Origin: Epiperipatus broadwayi
Taxonomy: Eukaryota; Animalia; Onychophora
Length of the DNA: 64,000 nt
Assembly: GCA_028023455.1 (NCBI GenBank)
Contig: JAQFVV010000006.1
Location: forward strand, 930,001-994,000
Reading direction: 5' to 3'
In this document: positions 25,016-40,230 of the stretch, piece by piece
Numbering within the stretch: position 1 is the first letter of the stretch
Layout of the letters: each line of letters opens with the position of its first letter
Made by a program: the position numbers and the translations under genes
Notes under the pieces: generated by a model
What the model was told of the DNA's origin: nothing
Seen by the model: only the letters and a program-made list of their open reading frames with translations
Databases searched by the model: none

Positions 25016-25689
25016 GTATCTTTCAACTTTTCATTAAGCAACTGACAGATTTATAAATACGATTTCCAAATAACTTTTTATTTAGGCTTAGTACTTATAT
25101 ATTAAATGATGTTATATGATGAATGGAAGATTTTCCTTTTTACATTACTAGATGGAACTCGTGGGAAATGTGATTAAATGTAAGGATGGTGCCACTCCCC
25201 CCTCCCCTAATTAAATGTTTAGGCGTTCCCTAGCATTTTTCATAGTTTGTAAGTAACTTATACGTATTTATTTAAAAGTTGGATAGGATTATAATTCCTT
25301 CATGAAAATTGATTCCAGTAGCCAATAACAATTTTATTTCGAAGGATTGTTGTACGTGTTTTGTGCATACTTTTTGATGTTTAAGTCAAATTTCATCAGA
25401 TTCCCATCATATGTAGCTATTCTTGTTTATATTTTTAGCATATTCTTGGCTGAAAATTTAATAGCAGAATAATTGTTTTTAGGCTTAAGATTTGGTAATG
25501 CAGGTTTTGATAAAATTTATCAGAGTATCAGTCTTTTAAGATTAGAATGTGTCTTAACCTGTTGAGAGGTGAGCCTAACATATGCAGAGCATTTCCAAAG
25601 TTAATCATAACACGACTAGCAAATTGTGTTAATTCTCTCTTAAGTGGTTTTTATTTGATTTTATATCAACATTGCGTTGTTATTGTAAG

Positions 25690-26215
25690 CGACTGGAATT
25701 GCAAACTTCAAGCTTCCTACATCTATCCAATTTATCTCACACAACTGATACACATGACCACATACATGCGAAAAAGATAAATGACCTCCAATAAATGTAT
25801 TTTGTCCTGAACCAGCACCCATCAATTGGTCCTCATCACAATCTACCACACATATATACATTCAGTGCTCAGTTTATATTCAGATAGCACATCTTTAAAC
25901 ATTAATGGACAAGCTTCAATCTTCTCTACTCTCCCACTCTGTAGCCATCCATTGCATTGAAGCTTGCCCGTTAAAAGATTTGCTATTGTAATATAAAATG
26001 AGCACTGATAGTAAGTGTGGGTGGAAGATTGTGTTCTTGATCAACTGATGAGTGCTGGTTCAGCACAAAATATGTACATGGGGGGGGGGTCAATTATCAT
26101 TTTCATATGTATTGTATCAATTATATAAGATAAACCACTAAACATCTCATGATAAGATAGATTGGATAAATGTAGAGAACTTGAATGGTCGAGTTCAAGT
26201 CCCTTATAATTACAT
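25690..26215. mobile_element. Family-2 large palindrome (unit 1)
   Basis: CTGATGA(26045-51)-gtgctg gtt cagcac (perfect stem II)-AAAA (GAAA mutated); inverted arm 25690-25880. Confidence 0.82.
26133..26151 (-). mobile_element. 19-bp family-1 3'-tail-only insertion
   Basis: aaccactaaacatctcatg flanked by 8-bp ataagata (26125-32 and 26152-59); absent in sister units. Confidence 0.7.
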
Positions 26216-29200
26216 GTCACTTAAGTATATATATCCTAATATTATATGTACTTAATATACAAATCAGATCACTCGAGTACTCTCAGATAAATTCACTAAA
26301 AACCCAAGTTTTAGATCTTATATATCCTATTTCTGAATTTTGGATTATAACCATACAATGCTTATAGTGCTCATTTTATTCATTCATTATAATTTCAGCT
26401 CTTTAATATTATTATTGATATAAGTATATACTAGATAACTATTATTAGCATTTTCATATTTCAAATAATATATATAAATATTTTATAATAAACATTTTTA
26501 TTTAATTGGATAAGTAGTCAGTGACGGCTCGTGTAAAGGCACTGCAGAACTGCTGCACCCCCTCTTAATAGTAGGTATTTCTTTACTTCTTTCCTTATGT
26601 TTGTATATTATATAATCCTTAAGTTTAATGCCATTAGCCATGTTCTAGTGCAAGAAAATATACAAAAGTCCTTGTATGGAACTGTGTGCTTCACAGTTCC
26701 AGCAATGTGGTGTTTGGCTATTTTGTGCATTTTCTACTCCAAGATAACAAGCTGTGCAATAAATTGAGAGAGCACTGCTACTTACATAAGATTCCTCTTC
26801 CTATTTTTAATAGCATCAATATAATAATTTAATGAGTATTTTCTTTATACTCGTATATTATATAATCCTTAAAAAGCAGAGTAAAGGAAAAATGGATTTA
26901 ATTTTTTAAATGAATGGATCAAGCTTGAACTGTAACAATTTAGGCTATTACTAAGTAAAAAAAGTAAATATTACAGCTATATTCATCCAGGGTATAACTA
27001 TTCTAACTTTGTGATCTCATAGAATAGTGCCTGCAGAGAGGATCTTCAGACAAATTGTGACCCAAGATTTTATTAAAAAAAAACAACAACAACATATATT
27101 TATCTTATAATGATGACCACATTTATTTTAATCAAAAGAATGAGCAATCCCTGGGACTGGACTTTTTGATGTCCAAAATAGAAGTGAAGGCAGTTGGCGT
27201 CTTTGTGCTAGCATTTTTGAATAATATCACAGCATAGTTGAAAATGGTAAATTAGAAATGGACAATATTTTCAGTAATAAGTTTATCTCAATCACAAAAT
27301 TATGTAATATTGAGCTAAAAAGTCATTTATTTTTGCTTTTTAAAAGATTGTAAACGTGCTTAATTCAGTATTTATTTACTGTTTTGTTTCTAAGGTGGAT
27401 AGTAGGCCTAATATTTGTTTAGGATTTTATCAAGTTTATATATAATTTTTTTTTGTATGTTTGTTTTACCCAATATTAAAATAATGAGTAAAAATTGTCT
27501 GAAGCAGCACCCCCAGAAATTTTAGTTATTAGCTGCCACTGTCGATAGTACAATAAAAACCAAAAAAAAAAAGAGAGGATGTTTTCTTCATCCACAATTT
27601 TGAAGGTTTCCACTTTTATTTCAAGTTGCATGTAACAATTAAAATCGTAATTGGAGAAAAAAAAGACTTTTTTGGGTTTTTAATGCATTACAGATCAAAT
27701 TAAATTAAAGCATTTTTTATAAAATATTTTATATGTATATATCTTTTTTATTATTTAGATCTTTTGCAACCAACCTTTCTATTCAAATTAGAAAACTCAC
27801 AAATGCTTATATTTTTAGAATTTGAAATGAAATTTGTATGGGTCAATAAACGTTTACAAGACTTTTGAGTTTATGAAGGCAGTATGTTTTAAAAAAGACA
27901 AACTTTAGTACAAAAACAATAGAAATTAAGATTTTATCCTTAATTTCTTTTTCTTTCTACTTTAATTAATTATAAACATTTATTAATGAATTAGTCATGA
28001 CATTTTAATGAAAGAAAATTTTCCAAACAGTATACTGCCATCTACTGTGCATTATTGAAAACTTACCAAACCAATATCAACATGGCTTGTAATTTGGTCT
28101 CCTACACTGTGAGTCTGGGTAAATGGCTGAACAGCCCTGAAATATTCCATTGTCAATTATCTATAAAATATGTTCCAAATTTGAAGAAAATTTGTTCAGT
28201 ATAAGTATGTTGATTGTCAGTTACAAGATTTTAGCCAAACAATAAATGAATAGAATTTCCTAGATAAATAAAAGTGTTTGACTAAAAAAAAGCAAATGAC
28301 TTTCAAGCAACCTTTTGAATAAAATAATCACCCCAAGACATAATATCCCTCTCAAATATCTTCATCATTGTTTATTAGTTATTTATTGTACAATGCCATG
28401 GCTCAATTTTTGAATTTCAGCCATATTCTCTTCAAAAAGATATTTTTTCAAGTAGGAACACAATAAAAAAATTTCAATCTAATATTGAAGATATTTCCAA
28501 AGTAAAAATGGAGATGAGTACAAATTAACTGTTTAGCAAAAACTGACATTGTTGCATTTTAGGAGATTCATCATTCTTCTAATAACATGCACCTTCTTAA
28601 AATGTGTGAATTTACATTAACTCTTAATAGAATATGCTCTAAATGTATTATGACTACATTTCTTAACCAAACCAACTCACAAAACAAATTATTCCACTGA
28701 AGATAGTTCATCCAGTATTGCAATTACCATTCAGATAGATACTATACAATATTTATAAACTTACCCAAATCAAACTGGCTCCAATCTCTTTTTCAAGATC
28801 TATCTTTATCTACTGTTATTTATAAGATTTCAATTCTTATGGTGGTGTTAATGATTAGGATATCACTTTTTACTACTTACGTATGCATAATTTTATTGTT
28901 TGTACTATTATTTATCTATTTCATAATTTGAACAAAAAGTCACCAACGTGATCCTTATTGCCCACTAGTGAGCATTTAACAGTTTCAGTTGGAAGATGAG
29001 TATTTGACAGTTATTAAAAGAAAACCATAGATTAAAATTGATTTGCAGGACTGGTCTTATCTGATGATATATGGTAACTTGGTACAAACATATAAAAGTT
29101 CCAATTTTGATATTGACATTCATGTATGATTTTCACTTATGCTTTTGGTCAGCAATATATGTAAACTAATGAGTTCAGTTGGTGATAGGGAAATTATATT

Positions 29201-29714
29201 GTTAATAAAAGTAAAAAATATGGGCAGTAGGTTAAAAAAAGGTGTACAATTTCTGCTTTAAATTAATGAATGAAAACATTGGGATAAAAGCAATGTTGGA
29301 AAGATTTATTTTTGATGAACTGACCTTTATAGTTGGTCAATTTTTAATAACCTTTCCAAATGCCTTCATCATTGTTTATTATTTATTTATCATGTATTGC
29401 CCTTCATCTCAGACAATTGAAGAAGCTAATTCACTCAAAATATGTAACTGAGAATAATTTGCCTTTTTTCTGAATGTCTTTTTAATTTATTTAAAGTGTG
29501 AGAATGCTAAAAATAGTTTGCAAATTGGTATCCATTGTATGTAAATTATTACAAGCACCACACACATTGAAAAAGATAGCTTTAAATTAATAAGGCTGTG
29601 TATATATAATTAAGATATTGCTCTTTAATGTCTGTATCTGGCCCAAAAATAATACAGTAATATCTAGCTTAATATTTGAGTACAAGTATAATGTATATAT
29701 TGATCATTAGATGT

Positions 29715-30015
29715 AATCAGGGTGATTTTGAAAACAGTCTTCCAACCTCCCTTCAGCTATCTACTCCACATTCTGTAACCAGTATGCATTTTCACATATA
29801 TGTGAAAAGACTAAATGATCTCCAATATATGTATTTTGTCCTGAATCAGCACCCAGCATTGATGAATATATGTGTGGGAGGGAGATGATGATCTGGATCG
29901 CTAATGAAGGCTGAGTCAGCATCAAATACATATATATGAAACGATTTGCCTTTTTAACATGTATGTGGTGATGCATATGAGTTACATAATATGGATTGGC
30001 GGAAGGGAGCGTGAA
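29715..30015. mobile_element. Family-2 small palindrome (unit 1)
   Basis: Inverted arms; degenerate core CTAATGA-aggctg agt cagcat-CAAA. Confidence 0.75.
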
Positions 30016-30198
30016 ATCTATGTTATTAATAAAAATAAATAAATAATTGAGGGGTTTTATTTTTAAAAGTTCCTAAAAATTTGAGCACCTGAGATTCCAG
30101 CACTGAAATCAATCGAGGATCATGGACTCAAGAGTTTGGCACCCTACAACTGCACTAAAACACGAAATCATAAAATATATTTAACTACCAGCTATAAT

Positions 30199-30272
30199 AA
30201 ACAGGTAAAAACTGTTTACTAACAGTTATGTGCTAGCATGAGATGGTGATCATGTGAAGTTTAGTGGTTACA
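30199..30272 (+). mobile_element. 74-bp family-1 mini-insertion
   Basis: 9-bp TSD agctataat (30190-98 and 30273-81); mini inversion aaacagg...ctgttt followed by the family-1 tail. Confidence 0.8.
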
Positions 30273-31619
30273 AGCTATAATGATCATTAAGAGCATGTAG
30301 GAATTGCAGGATTGTTCATTGAATCTTAATAATAATTTACATAATTGATTACCATATATATGTTACTTGCATAGTGTGAAACAAAGTCTGAAATTTTCAT
30401 TCTAAGTTAATTTTTTTACATATTTCTCCTAGACATTTTGTAGGCATTACAAAGGATGACAAATAGTTTGTGGCAAAGTGTGAACAAGGTTTTTATTGGA
30501 TAGATACATGCGAAATTGTAATAAATATAAAATTTCGTCTTTAACTTATATGATATAACAAAAAAGAAAGCGGTAATAATAATATTTTTTTATTTATTTA
30601 ATAATAAATGTTTGCCTATACGTAAAAATTTTGGAATTTTTGTTATTACAACTGAGTTTAACTTCCTTAATTTCACGTGCAGCATGGTTATTTATTCTTA
30701 TTTACAAGCCCTCTAACGGCAAAACAAGAAATAAGCAGTTGTCACGTGGTGATAATTGCGAAACAGTGAATTTTAAATAAATACCAAAGAAGACAAGAAA
30801 GAAATAGTTGCCTTTTTAAGTCATTATTGTTGAACTTAAGTGACAAGAAGAAATCATTTTAAAATTTTAATAATTTTTTAAAGATAAAAAATTTCTAAGT
30901 AGGAATCCTTCAACATTTGAGTAAATAATTGAAAGATATATAAATATGATTTTCATAGCAATTGCATATTGAAAGTTAAAGGCTTGTATTTTAAAAGGCT
31001 GTTAATGCTGAAAGTCTAATACTTTTCAGATTTTCCTTATAAAAGTTAAGTATCTGGAATAAAATCCCCGTAAATGTAAGAGTATACCCCCACCTTTGGA
31101 ATCTCTTTAAATGTTTAGGCGAATTCTAGCACTTTTCATAGTTTTCAAGCAACATATACACATTTAATTAAGTTAATGAAAATTGGTTCCAGTAGCCAAT
31201 AACAATTGTTTTTCAAAGGATTTTGGTATGTGTTTGTGTATACTTTTTAATGTTTAAGTCAAATTTCATCAAATTCCCATCATATGTAGTTAGTCTTGTT
31301 TATATTTTTATCATTTAACTTATTCTTGGCTGAACAATTAATTAATAATAAGCAGAGTAATTGTTTTAGGAGAAAGATTTGGTAGTGCAGGTTTTGATCA
31401 ATTTTATCAGAATATCAGCTCTATCAGATTAGAATGTGTTTGAACCTGTTGGGAGGTGAGCGTAGCATGTGTAGAACACTTTCAAAGTTACTAATAACAC
31501 TAATAGCAAATAGTGTCACTTCTTTCTTAAGTGATTTTTATTTAATTTTATATCAACATTGCATTGTTTAAGTGCTTTGTCAAGTCACAGAACATTTCTC
31601 TCATATCTAAAAATAATGT

Positions 31620-32125
31620 AATTATAAGGGACTGGAATTCCAAATTTCAAGCTTCCTACATCTATCCAATTTATCTCATACCACTGATACACATGACCAC
31701 ATACATGCGAAAAAGATAAATGATCTCCAATAAATGTATTTTGTGCTGAACCAGCACCCATCAGTTGGTCCTCATCACAATCTACCACACATATATACAT
31801 TCAGCGCTGTTTATATTCAGATAGCAAACTTTAAACTTTAATAGACAAGCTTCAATCTTCTCTCCCACTCTGTAGCCATCCATAGCATTGAAGCTTGTCG
31901 ATTACAGTTAAAAGATTTGCTATTGTAATATAAAACCAGTGCTGATAGTATGTATGTGTGGGAGATTGTGAACTGGATCAACTGATGGGCAGTGGGTCAT
32001 CACAAAATATGTATATTGGAGGTCATTTATTTTTTCCCTATGTATGTGGTCATGTGTATCAGTTGTGTAAGATAGATTGAATAGATGTGGGGAGCTTTAA
32101 ATTTTGAGTTCAAGTTTCTATAATT
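31620..32125. mobile_element. Family-2 large palindrome (unit 2)
   Basis: Homologous to 25690-26215; cores read CTGATGG...AAAA on both arms. Confidence 0.8.
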
Positions 32126-32949
32126 ACATCAAGTTTAAGTATATATATCCTAATATTACATATACTTAATATATATACGTCAGAGCACTCAAGCACTCTC
32201 TGATGAGTTCATTTTAGATCTTATGTAATATCCAATATCTGAATTTTAAATTATAACAATCCAATGCTTATAGGGCTGGTTTTATTCATTTATTATAATT
32301 TCAGCTTTCTAATATTAATATTTGTATAAGTATATACTAGATAACTTATTACCATTTTCATACTTCAAATAATATATGTAAATATTTTATAGTAAACATT
32401 TTTATTTAATTGGATATGTGGTCAGTGACGGCTCGTGTAAAGGCATTGCAGAACTGCTGCACCCACTCTTAACAGTAGTTTTTTCTTTACTTGTTTCTTT
32501 ATGTTTATATATGATAGAATTCTTAAGTTTAATCTCAGTAGCCATCTCCTAATACAAGAAAATATACAAAAATCCTTGAATGGATCTGTGCACTTCACAG
32601 TTCAAGCAAGATGGTGTTTAGCTATTGTGTGCATTTTCTAGTCCAAGATAAGATTCTGTGCGATAGGTAGAGAGACCACTGCCACTTACATAGTGTCAAT
32701 CCTCTTCCTATTTTTAATAACATTCAATTTAATAACTTAATAGGTTTTTTGTTTCCTTTTCTTTATACTTCTAGACTATATAATCTTTAAGCAGCAGAGT
32801 AAAGGAAGAATGAATTTAATTTTGAAACAAACAGATCAAGCTTGAACTATAACAGTTTAGGCTATTAGTAAGTAAAAAAAGCTGTATTCATTCAGATAGC
32901 AGTAGTCCAACTCTGCGATCTCATAAAATAATGTTTGCAGAGGATCTTG

Positions 32950-35900
32950 AGACAAATGGTGTCCTAAGATTTTATTTAAAAAAAGAAAAAACAAACAACC
33001 ATATATCTACCTTATAATGATGACCATATTTATTTTAATCAAAATAATGAGCAATCCCCGGGCATAAACTTTTTGATGTCCCCCAAAATAGAAATGAAAG
33101 CATTGTGCCAGCATTTTTGAATATCACAGCATAGTTTAAAATGGTAAATTAGCAACCAACATAATCTTTTTTCAAACACAAAATTATGTGATGTTGAGCT
33201 AAAAAATAATTTATTTTTCTTTTAAAGATTGCAAATGTGTTTAAATTGATATTTTTTACAGGTTTGTTTCTAAGGTAGATGCCTAATATTTGTTTAGGAT
33301 TTTATCAGCTTTAAATATTTTTTTATATATATTTGCTTTATTTTACACAATATTAAAACAATGGCTAAAAATTGTCTGAACCAACACCCCCAGAAATTTT
33401 AGTTACTAGCTGCTGCCGTCTATAGTACATGTTACTCTAAAAACCAAAAAAAAAAAAGAGGATGTTTTCTTCATCCACAATTTTGAAGGTTTCCACTTTT
33501 ATTTCAAGTTACGTACATCAACTAAAATTGTAATTGGAGAAAAAAAAAGACTTCTTGGGTTTTTAATGCATTACAGATCAAATTAAATTACAACATTTTT
33601 TATAGAATATTTTATATGTATATATCATTTTTTATTATTTACATCTTTTGCAACCAAGCTTTCTATTCAAATCAGAAAACTCACAAATGCTGGTATATTT
33701 TTAGTATTTGAAATGAAATTCCTATGGTTCAATAAACTTTTACAAGATTTTTGTGTTCATGAATGCAGCATGTTTTTAAAAAAGATGAACTTTAGTACAA
33801 AAAACAATAGAAATTAAGATTTTATCCTTAATTTCTTTTTCTTTCTACTTTAATTAATTATAAACCTTTATTTGTGAATTAGTCATGACATTTTAATAAA
33901 AGAATATTTTCCAAACAGTATACTGCCATCTACTGTGCATTACTGAAAACGTAACAAACCAATATCAACATGGCTTGTAATTTGGTGTCCTACATTGTAA
34001 GTCTGGGTGAATGGCTGAATAGCCCTGAAATATTCCATTATCAATTATCCATAACATGTGTTCAAAATTTGAAGAAAATTTGTTCAGTAGAAGTATGTTG
34101 AAAATCAATTACAAGATTTTAGCCAAAGAACAAATGAACAGAATTTCTAAGCTAAATAAATGTGTTTGACCAAAAAAGGCAAATGACTTTCAACCAACCT
34201 TTTGAATAAAATAAACACCACAAGATATAATATCACCACAAGATATAATATTCCTCTCCAATGTCTTCATCATTGTTTATTAGTTATTTATTGTACATTG
34301 CCCTGACTCAATTTTTAAATTTCAGCCATATTCTCTTCAAAAAATATATTTCTTTCAACTAGGAAGCACAATAAAAAATTTTCAATCTAATACTAAAGAT
34401 ATTTCAAAATCAAAAATGGAGATGTGTACAAACCAACTGTTTAGCAAAAACTGAAGTTGTTGCATTTTAGGAGGTTCATCATTTGTCTAATAACATGCAC
34501 CTTCTTAAAATGTCTGGATTTACATGAATTCTTAATAGAATATACTCTAAGCACGTTATGACAAAACAAATTATTCTGCTGAAGATAGTTCATCCAGTTA
34601 CTATTCAGATAGATAATCTGCAATATTTACAAACTTCCCAAAATCAAACTAGCTCTAATCTGTTTTTCAAGATTTACCTTCATCTTCTGTATTTATAAGA
34701 TTTCAATTCTTATGGTGATGTTAAAGATTAGTATATCACTTTTTACTACTTACGTATGCCTAATTTTATTGTTTGTACTATTATTTATCTATTTCATATT
34801 TTGAACCATGAGTCACCAACCTGGTCCTGATTGCCCACTAATGAGCATTTAACAGTTTCAGGTGGATGATGAGTATTTTCTAGTCATTAAAAGAAAACCC
34901 TAGATTAATATAGATGTGCAATAAGGGTTAAAATTGATTTGCAGGCCTGGTCTTACCTCTCATGAAATATGAGAACTTTGGTGATCTAAGTATTTATTTA
35001 AAAAAACAAATAAACATATATCTTCCTTATAATGAAGACCGCATTTATTTTAATCAAAAGAATGAGCAATCTCCGGGTATGAACGTTTTTGATGTCCTCC
35101 TAAATCTAAATGAAAGCATTTGGTTTCTTTGTGCCAACATTTTTGAATGATATCACAGCATAGTTTAAAGTGTTAAATTAGCAATGGAAGGTAGGCTTTC
35201 AGTAATAAGTTTATCTCAATCACAGGATTATGTAATATTGAGGTAAAAAATAATTTAGTTTCCTTTTTAGAAGAATGCAAATGTGTTTAAATCGCTATTT
35301 AATTTCTGGTTTGTTTCTGAGGTAGCATTTTAATCAAAGCAGGTCTAATACTTGTTTAGTATTTTATCAAGTTTATGCATAAATTTTCTTTTTAAATGTT
35401 TGTTTTGGTTTACACAATATTAAAACATCTAAAAGTTTTCTGAACCAGTACCCCCACAATGAGCCTTTGTCTTCAAATTAGAAAAATGACAAATGCTGCG
35501 ATATTTTGAATATTTGAAATGAAATTTGTATAAGCCAATAAACTTTTTACAAGATTTTTGAGTTTATGAAGGCAACATGTTTTTTAAAAAAGACAAGTTT
35601 TAGTACAAGAAATAATAGAAATTAAGTTTTCATCCTTCATTTCTTTTTCTTTCTATGTTAATTAATTATAAACATATTTTAGTGAATTAATCATGACATT
35701 TTAATGAAAGATGTGATGTACTGTGGCTTCTTCTTAAACGAAGTCAAGAATATCTGAGCAATTATGCCCAGATAAACCTGTTAGCCACTTAATTTTCCAT
35801 TCCGCACTCTAAGTTTTTCCATATTTCTGCTCCATCCCATTTCCACAACATAATCTTTGTCAACTCTATCGCCTTTATATCTAAATCCTCCTTATCTTTT

Positions 35901-37300
35901 CCCAAACCCAGCTTAAAAACCAATAATTCACTTTCTGTATAATCACTTTTTTCATATTTATTTTTCCATTACTTCATTATATGTAACCTTTCTGTTTTCA
36001 AGCATTTACATTCAATTAACAATTGCCTAATATTTTCTATTCCATCCTTACATAATTTACAAAATAAATCACCCATATTTTTCCATTTACATGCATATTG
36101 TTTTGTTGCTAAAGATCGTGTTCGAGCCTTAAACAATCAACTACTTTCCTTACTATTATCAGATATTAACTCGCACCTAATATTTTCCAAACAGTATACT
36201 GCCATCTACTGGGCATTATTAAAAACTTAGTGAACCTATATCAACATGGTTTGAAATTTGGTCTCCTACACTGTTAGTCTGGGTGAATGACCAAACAGCT
36301 TTGATATATTCCATTGTCAATTATCCATAATATGTGTTCAAAATTTGAATAAAATTCATTCAATGGAAGTATGTTGAAAATCAATTACAAGATTTTAGCC
36401 AAAGAACAAATGAACAGAATTTCTAAGTTAAATGAAAGTGTTTGACGAAAAAAAAGCAAATGACTTTCAAGCGGCCTTTCGAATAAAATAATCACAACAT
36501 GACATAATTTCCCTCTCAAATGTTTTCATCATTGTTTATTAGTTATTTATTGTACATTGCCATGATTCAATTTTTAAATTTCAGCCATATTCTCTTCAAA
36601 AAGATATTTCTTTCAACTATGAAGCACAACCAAAAATTTTCAATCTAATATTAAAGATATTTCAAAATCAAAAATGGAGACCTGTACAAATTAACTGCTT
36701 AACAAATTTTGACATTGTTGTATTGCAGGAGATTTGTCATTCTTCTAACAACATGCACCTTCTTAAAATGTCTGGATTTACATCAATTGTTAATAGTATA
36801 TACTCTAAACATATTCTGACTGCCTTTCTTAAATAAACCATCTCACAAAATAAATGCCTTTCTTAAATAAACCATCTCACAAAATAAATTATTCAGCAGA
36901 TGATAGTTCAACTAGTATTGCAATTACCATTCAGGTAGATACTATACACTATTTATAAACTTCCCAAAATCAAACTAGCTCTAATCTGTTTTTTATGATC
37001 TACCTTCATCTTCTATATTTATAAGATTTTAATTTTTATGGTGATGTTAATGATTAGGATATCACTTTTTACTACTTACATATGCATAATTTTATTGTTT
37101 ATACTATTATTTATCTATTTCATATTTTGAACCAAGAGTTACCAACCTGGTCCTTACTGCCCACTAGTGAGCATTTAATAGTTTTAGGTGGACGATGAGT
37201 ATTTTCCAGTTATTAAAAGAAAAACTTAGATTAATATAGATGTGCAATAAGGGTTAAAATTGATTTGCAGGCCTGGTCTTACCCCTCATGAAATATGGTA
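32950..37300. repeat. Internal partial tandem duplication (~2 kb) within unit 2
   Basis: Anchors aatgagcaat at ~33047 and ~35060, LINE site at 33903 and 35712, gcaggcctggtcttacc at ~34941 and ~37267; junction near 34973. Confidence 0.85.
35712..36184 (-). mobile_element. 5'-truncated LINE (~0.47 kb) at the array hotspot
   Basis: Same 3' junction (aatgaaaga|tgtgatg); 5' junction has aatatt microhomology with the host. Confidence 0.9.
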
Positions 37301-37944
37301 ACTTGGTACAAACCAATAAAGTTCCAATTTGATATTAACATTCATGTATCATTTTCAGTTATGTTGTTGGTAAGCAATATAAGATAAACATATGAGTTCG
37401 GTTGGTGATAGGGAAATTATACTGTTACCAAGAGTAAAAAATATGGACAGTAGGTTAAAAAAATGTTGACAATTCCTGCTTTAAAATAATGAATGAAGAC
37501 ATTGGAATAAAATGAATGGTGCCAAGATTTATTTTTGATGAACTAATTTTTGTGGTTGGTCAATTTATAATCCCCATTCCAAATGCTTTCATCATTGGTT
37601 ATTATTTATTTATCATGTATTGCCCTTCATCTCAGACAATTGAAGAAGCTAATTCAATCAAAATACGTAACTGAGGATCATATGCCTTTTTTCTGAATGT
37701 CTTTTTAATTTATTTAAAGTGTGAGAATGCTAAAAATAGTTTGCAAATAGATATCCATTGTATGTAGATTAATACAAGCACCACACACACATTCAAAAAG
37801 ATAGCTTTAAATTAAGAAGACTGTGCATATATAATTAGTATATTGATCTTTAAAGTTCATATATGGATTAAAAATAATAGAGTAATATCTAACTTAATAT
37901 CTGATTACAAGTATAATGCATATACTGATCTTTAGATGTAATCA

Positions 37945-38240
37945 GATGGAATTTGAAAACAGTCTTTCAACCTCTCTTCAGCTATCTACTCCATATTCTG
38001 TAACTAGTATGCATGTTCACATATATGTGAAAAGAATAAATGATCTCCAATATGTATTTTGTCCTGAACCAGCACCCAGCATTGATAAATATATGTGTGG
38101 GAGGGAGATAATGATCTGGATCGCAAATGAAGGCTGAGTCAGCATGAAATACATATGTATGAAACGATTTGTCTTTTTCACATGTATGTGGTGATGCATA
38201 TCAGTTACATAATATGGATTGGCCGAAGGGAGCGTGAAAT
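37945..38240. mobile_element. Family-2 small palindrome (unit 2)
   Basis: Homologous to 29715-30015. Confidence 0.75.
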
Positions 38241-39719
38241 CTATGTTATTAATAAAAATAAATAAATGAGGGGTTTTATTTCTAAAAGTTCTTAAAAATT
38301 TGAGCACCTGAGATTCCAGAACTGAAATCAATCGAGGACCATAGGTTCAAGTGTTTGGCACCCTACCACTGCACTAAAACACTAAATCATAAAATATATT
38401 TATCTATAGGCTATAATGGTCATTAAGTGTAAGAAAATGCAGGATTGTTCATTGAATCTTAATAATAATTTATAAAATTGATTACCATATATATGTTAGT
38501 TGCATAGTGTGAAACAAAGTCTGAAATTTCATTCTAATTTCAATTTTTTACATATTTCCCCTAGACATTTTGTAGAATACCTAGGCATTATAAAGGGTGA
38601 CAAATAATTTGTGGCAAAGTATGAACCAGGGTTTTATTGGATAGATACATGCGAAAATGTAATAAATATTAAATTACGTATTTAACTTATATCATATAAC
38701 AAAAAAGAAAGCGGTAAAAAATAATATTTTTTTATTATTTAATAATTAATGTTTGCCTATATATAAAAATTTTGGTATTTTTGTTATTACAACTGAGTTT
38801 AACTTCCTTAATTTCACGTGCAGCATGGTTATTGATTCTTATTTAGAAGCCCTCTGACGGCAAAACAAGAGATAAGAACTTGTCACGTGGTGATTATAGT
38901 GATACAGTGAATTTTTTATAAATACCAATTAAGACAAGAAAGAAATAATGGCAGTTTTACGCCATTATTATTCAAGTTAACTGCCAAGAGGAAAGAATTT
39001 TAAAATTTTAATAATCTGAAAAAATAAAGAATTTCTACGTAAAAGTCTTTCAACGTTTCACTAAGCAAGTGAAAGACGTATAAATAAGATTTCCATATCA
39101 ATTCTATACTAAAAGTTAACCGCTAGTATTTTAAAAGGATGTTAATGCTGAAAGTCTAATACTTTGCAGATTTTCCTTATGAAAGTATCTCTTTTGAAAT
39201 GTCCTCTACATTGTTTGGAATGGCTTTAAAAGTTTAGGCGTTCTCTAACCCTTTTCTTAGTTTTCAAGTAATATATACATATTTAATTAAGTTCATGAAA
39301 ATTGATACCAATAACAATTGTTTTTCAAAGGATTGGGGTATGTGTTTGTGCATACTTTTTGATGTTTAAGTCAAATTTCATCAGATTGCCATCATATATA
39401 GCAATTCTTGTTTATATTTTTAGCATATTCTTGGCTGAAAAATTAATGGTCAGTAGAATAATTGTTTTTAGGTTTAAGATTTGGTAATGCAGGTTTTGAT
39501 AAATTTTATCAGAGTATCAGTCTATTAAGATTAGAATGTGTCTTAACCTGTTGAGATGTGGGCATAATATGTTTAGAGCATTTCCAAAAGTTAATCATAA
39601 CACGAATAGCAAATAGTGATACTTCTTTCTTAAGTGGTTTCTATTTAATTTTATATCAACATTGCGTTGTTTAAGTGCTTTGTCAAGTCACAGGACTTTT
39701 CACTCATATCTAAAAAGAA

Positions 39720-40230
39720 TGTAATTATAAGGGACTGGAATTCCAAACTTCAAGCTTCCTACATCTATCCAATTTATCTCATGCAACTGATAAACATGAC
39801 CACATACATGTGAAAAAGATAAATGATCTCCAATAAATGTATTTTGTGCTGAACCAGCACCCATCACTTGGTCCACATCACAATCTACCACACATAGATA
39901 CATTCAGTGCTCAGTTTATATTCAGATAGAAAATCTTTAAACATTAATGGACAAGCTTCAATCTTCTCCATTCTACAGCCATCCATAGGATTGAAGCTTG
40001 TCGATTAAAGTTTAAAGATTTGCTATTGTGATATAAAATGAGCGCTGTAAGCATGTATGTGTGGGAGATTGTGATCTGGATCGACTGATGGAGGGTGGTC
40101 CAGCACAAAATATGTATATTTGAGATCATTTGTTTTTTTTCTATGTATGTGGTCATGTGTATCAATTATGTAAGATAGATTGAATAGACATAGGGAACTT
40201 GACAGTTTGAATGCAAGTCTCTTATAATTA
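39720..40230. mobile_element. Family-2 large palindrome (unit 3)
   Basis: Homologous to 25690-26215; degenerate cores. Confidence 0.8.
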
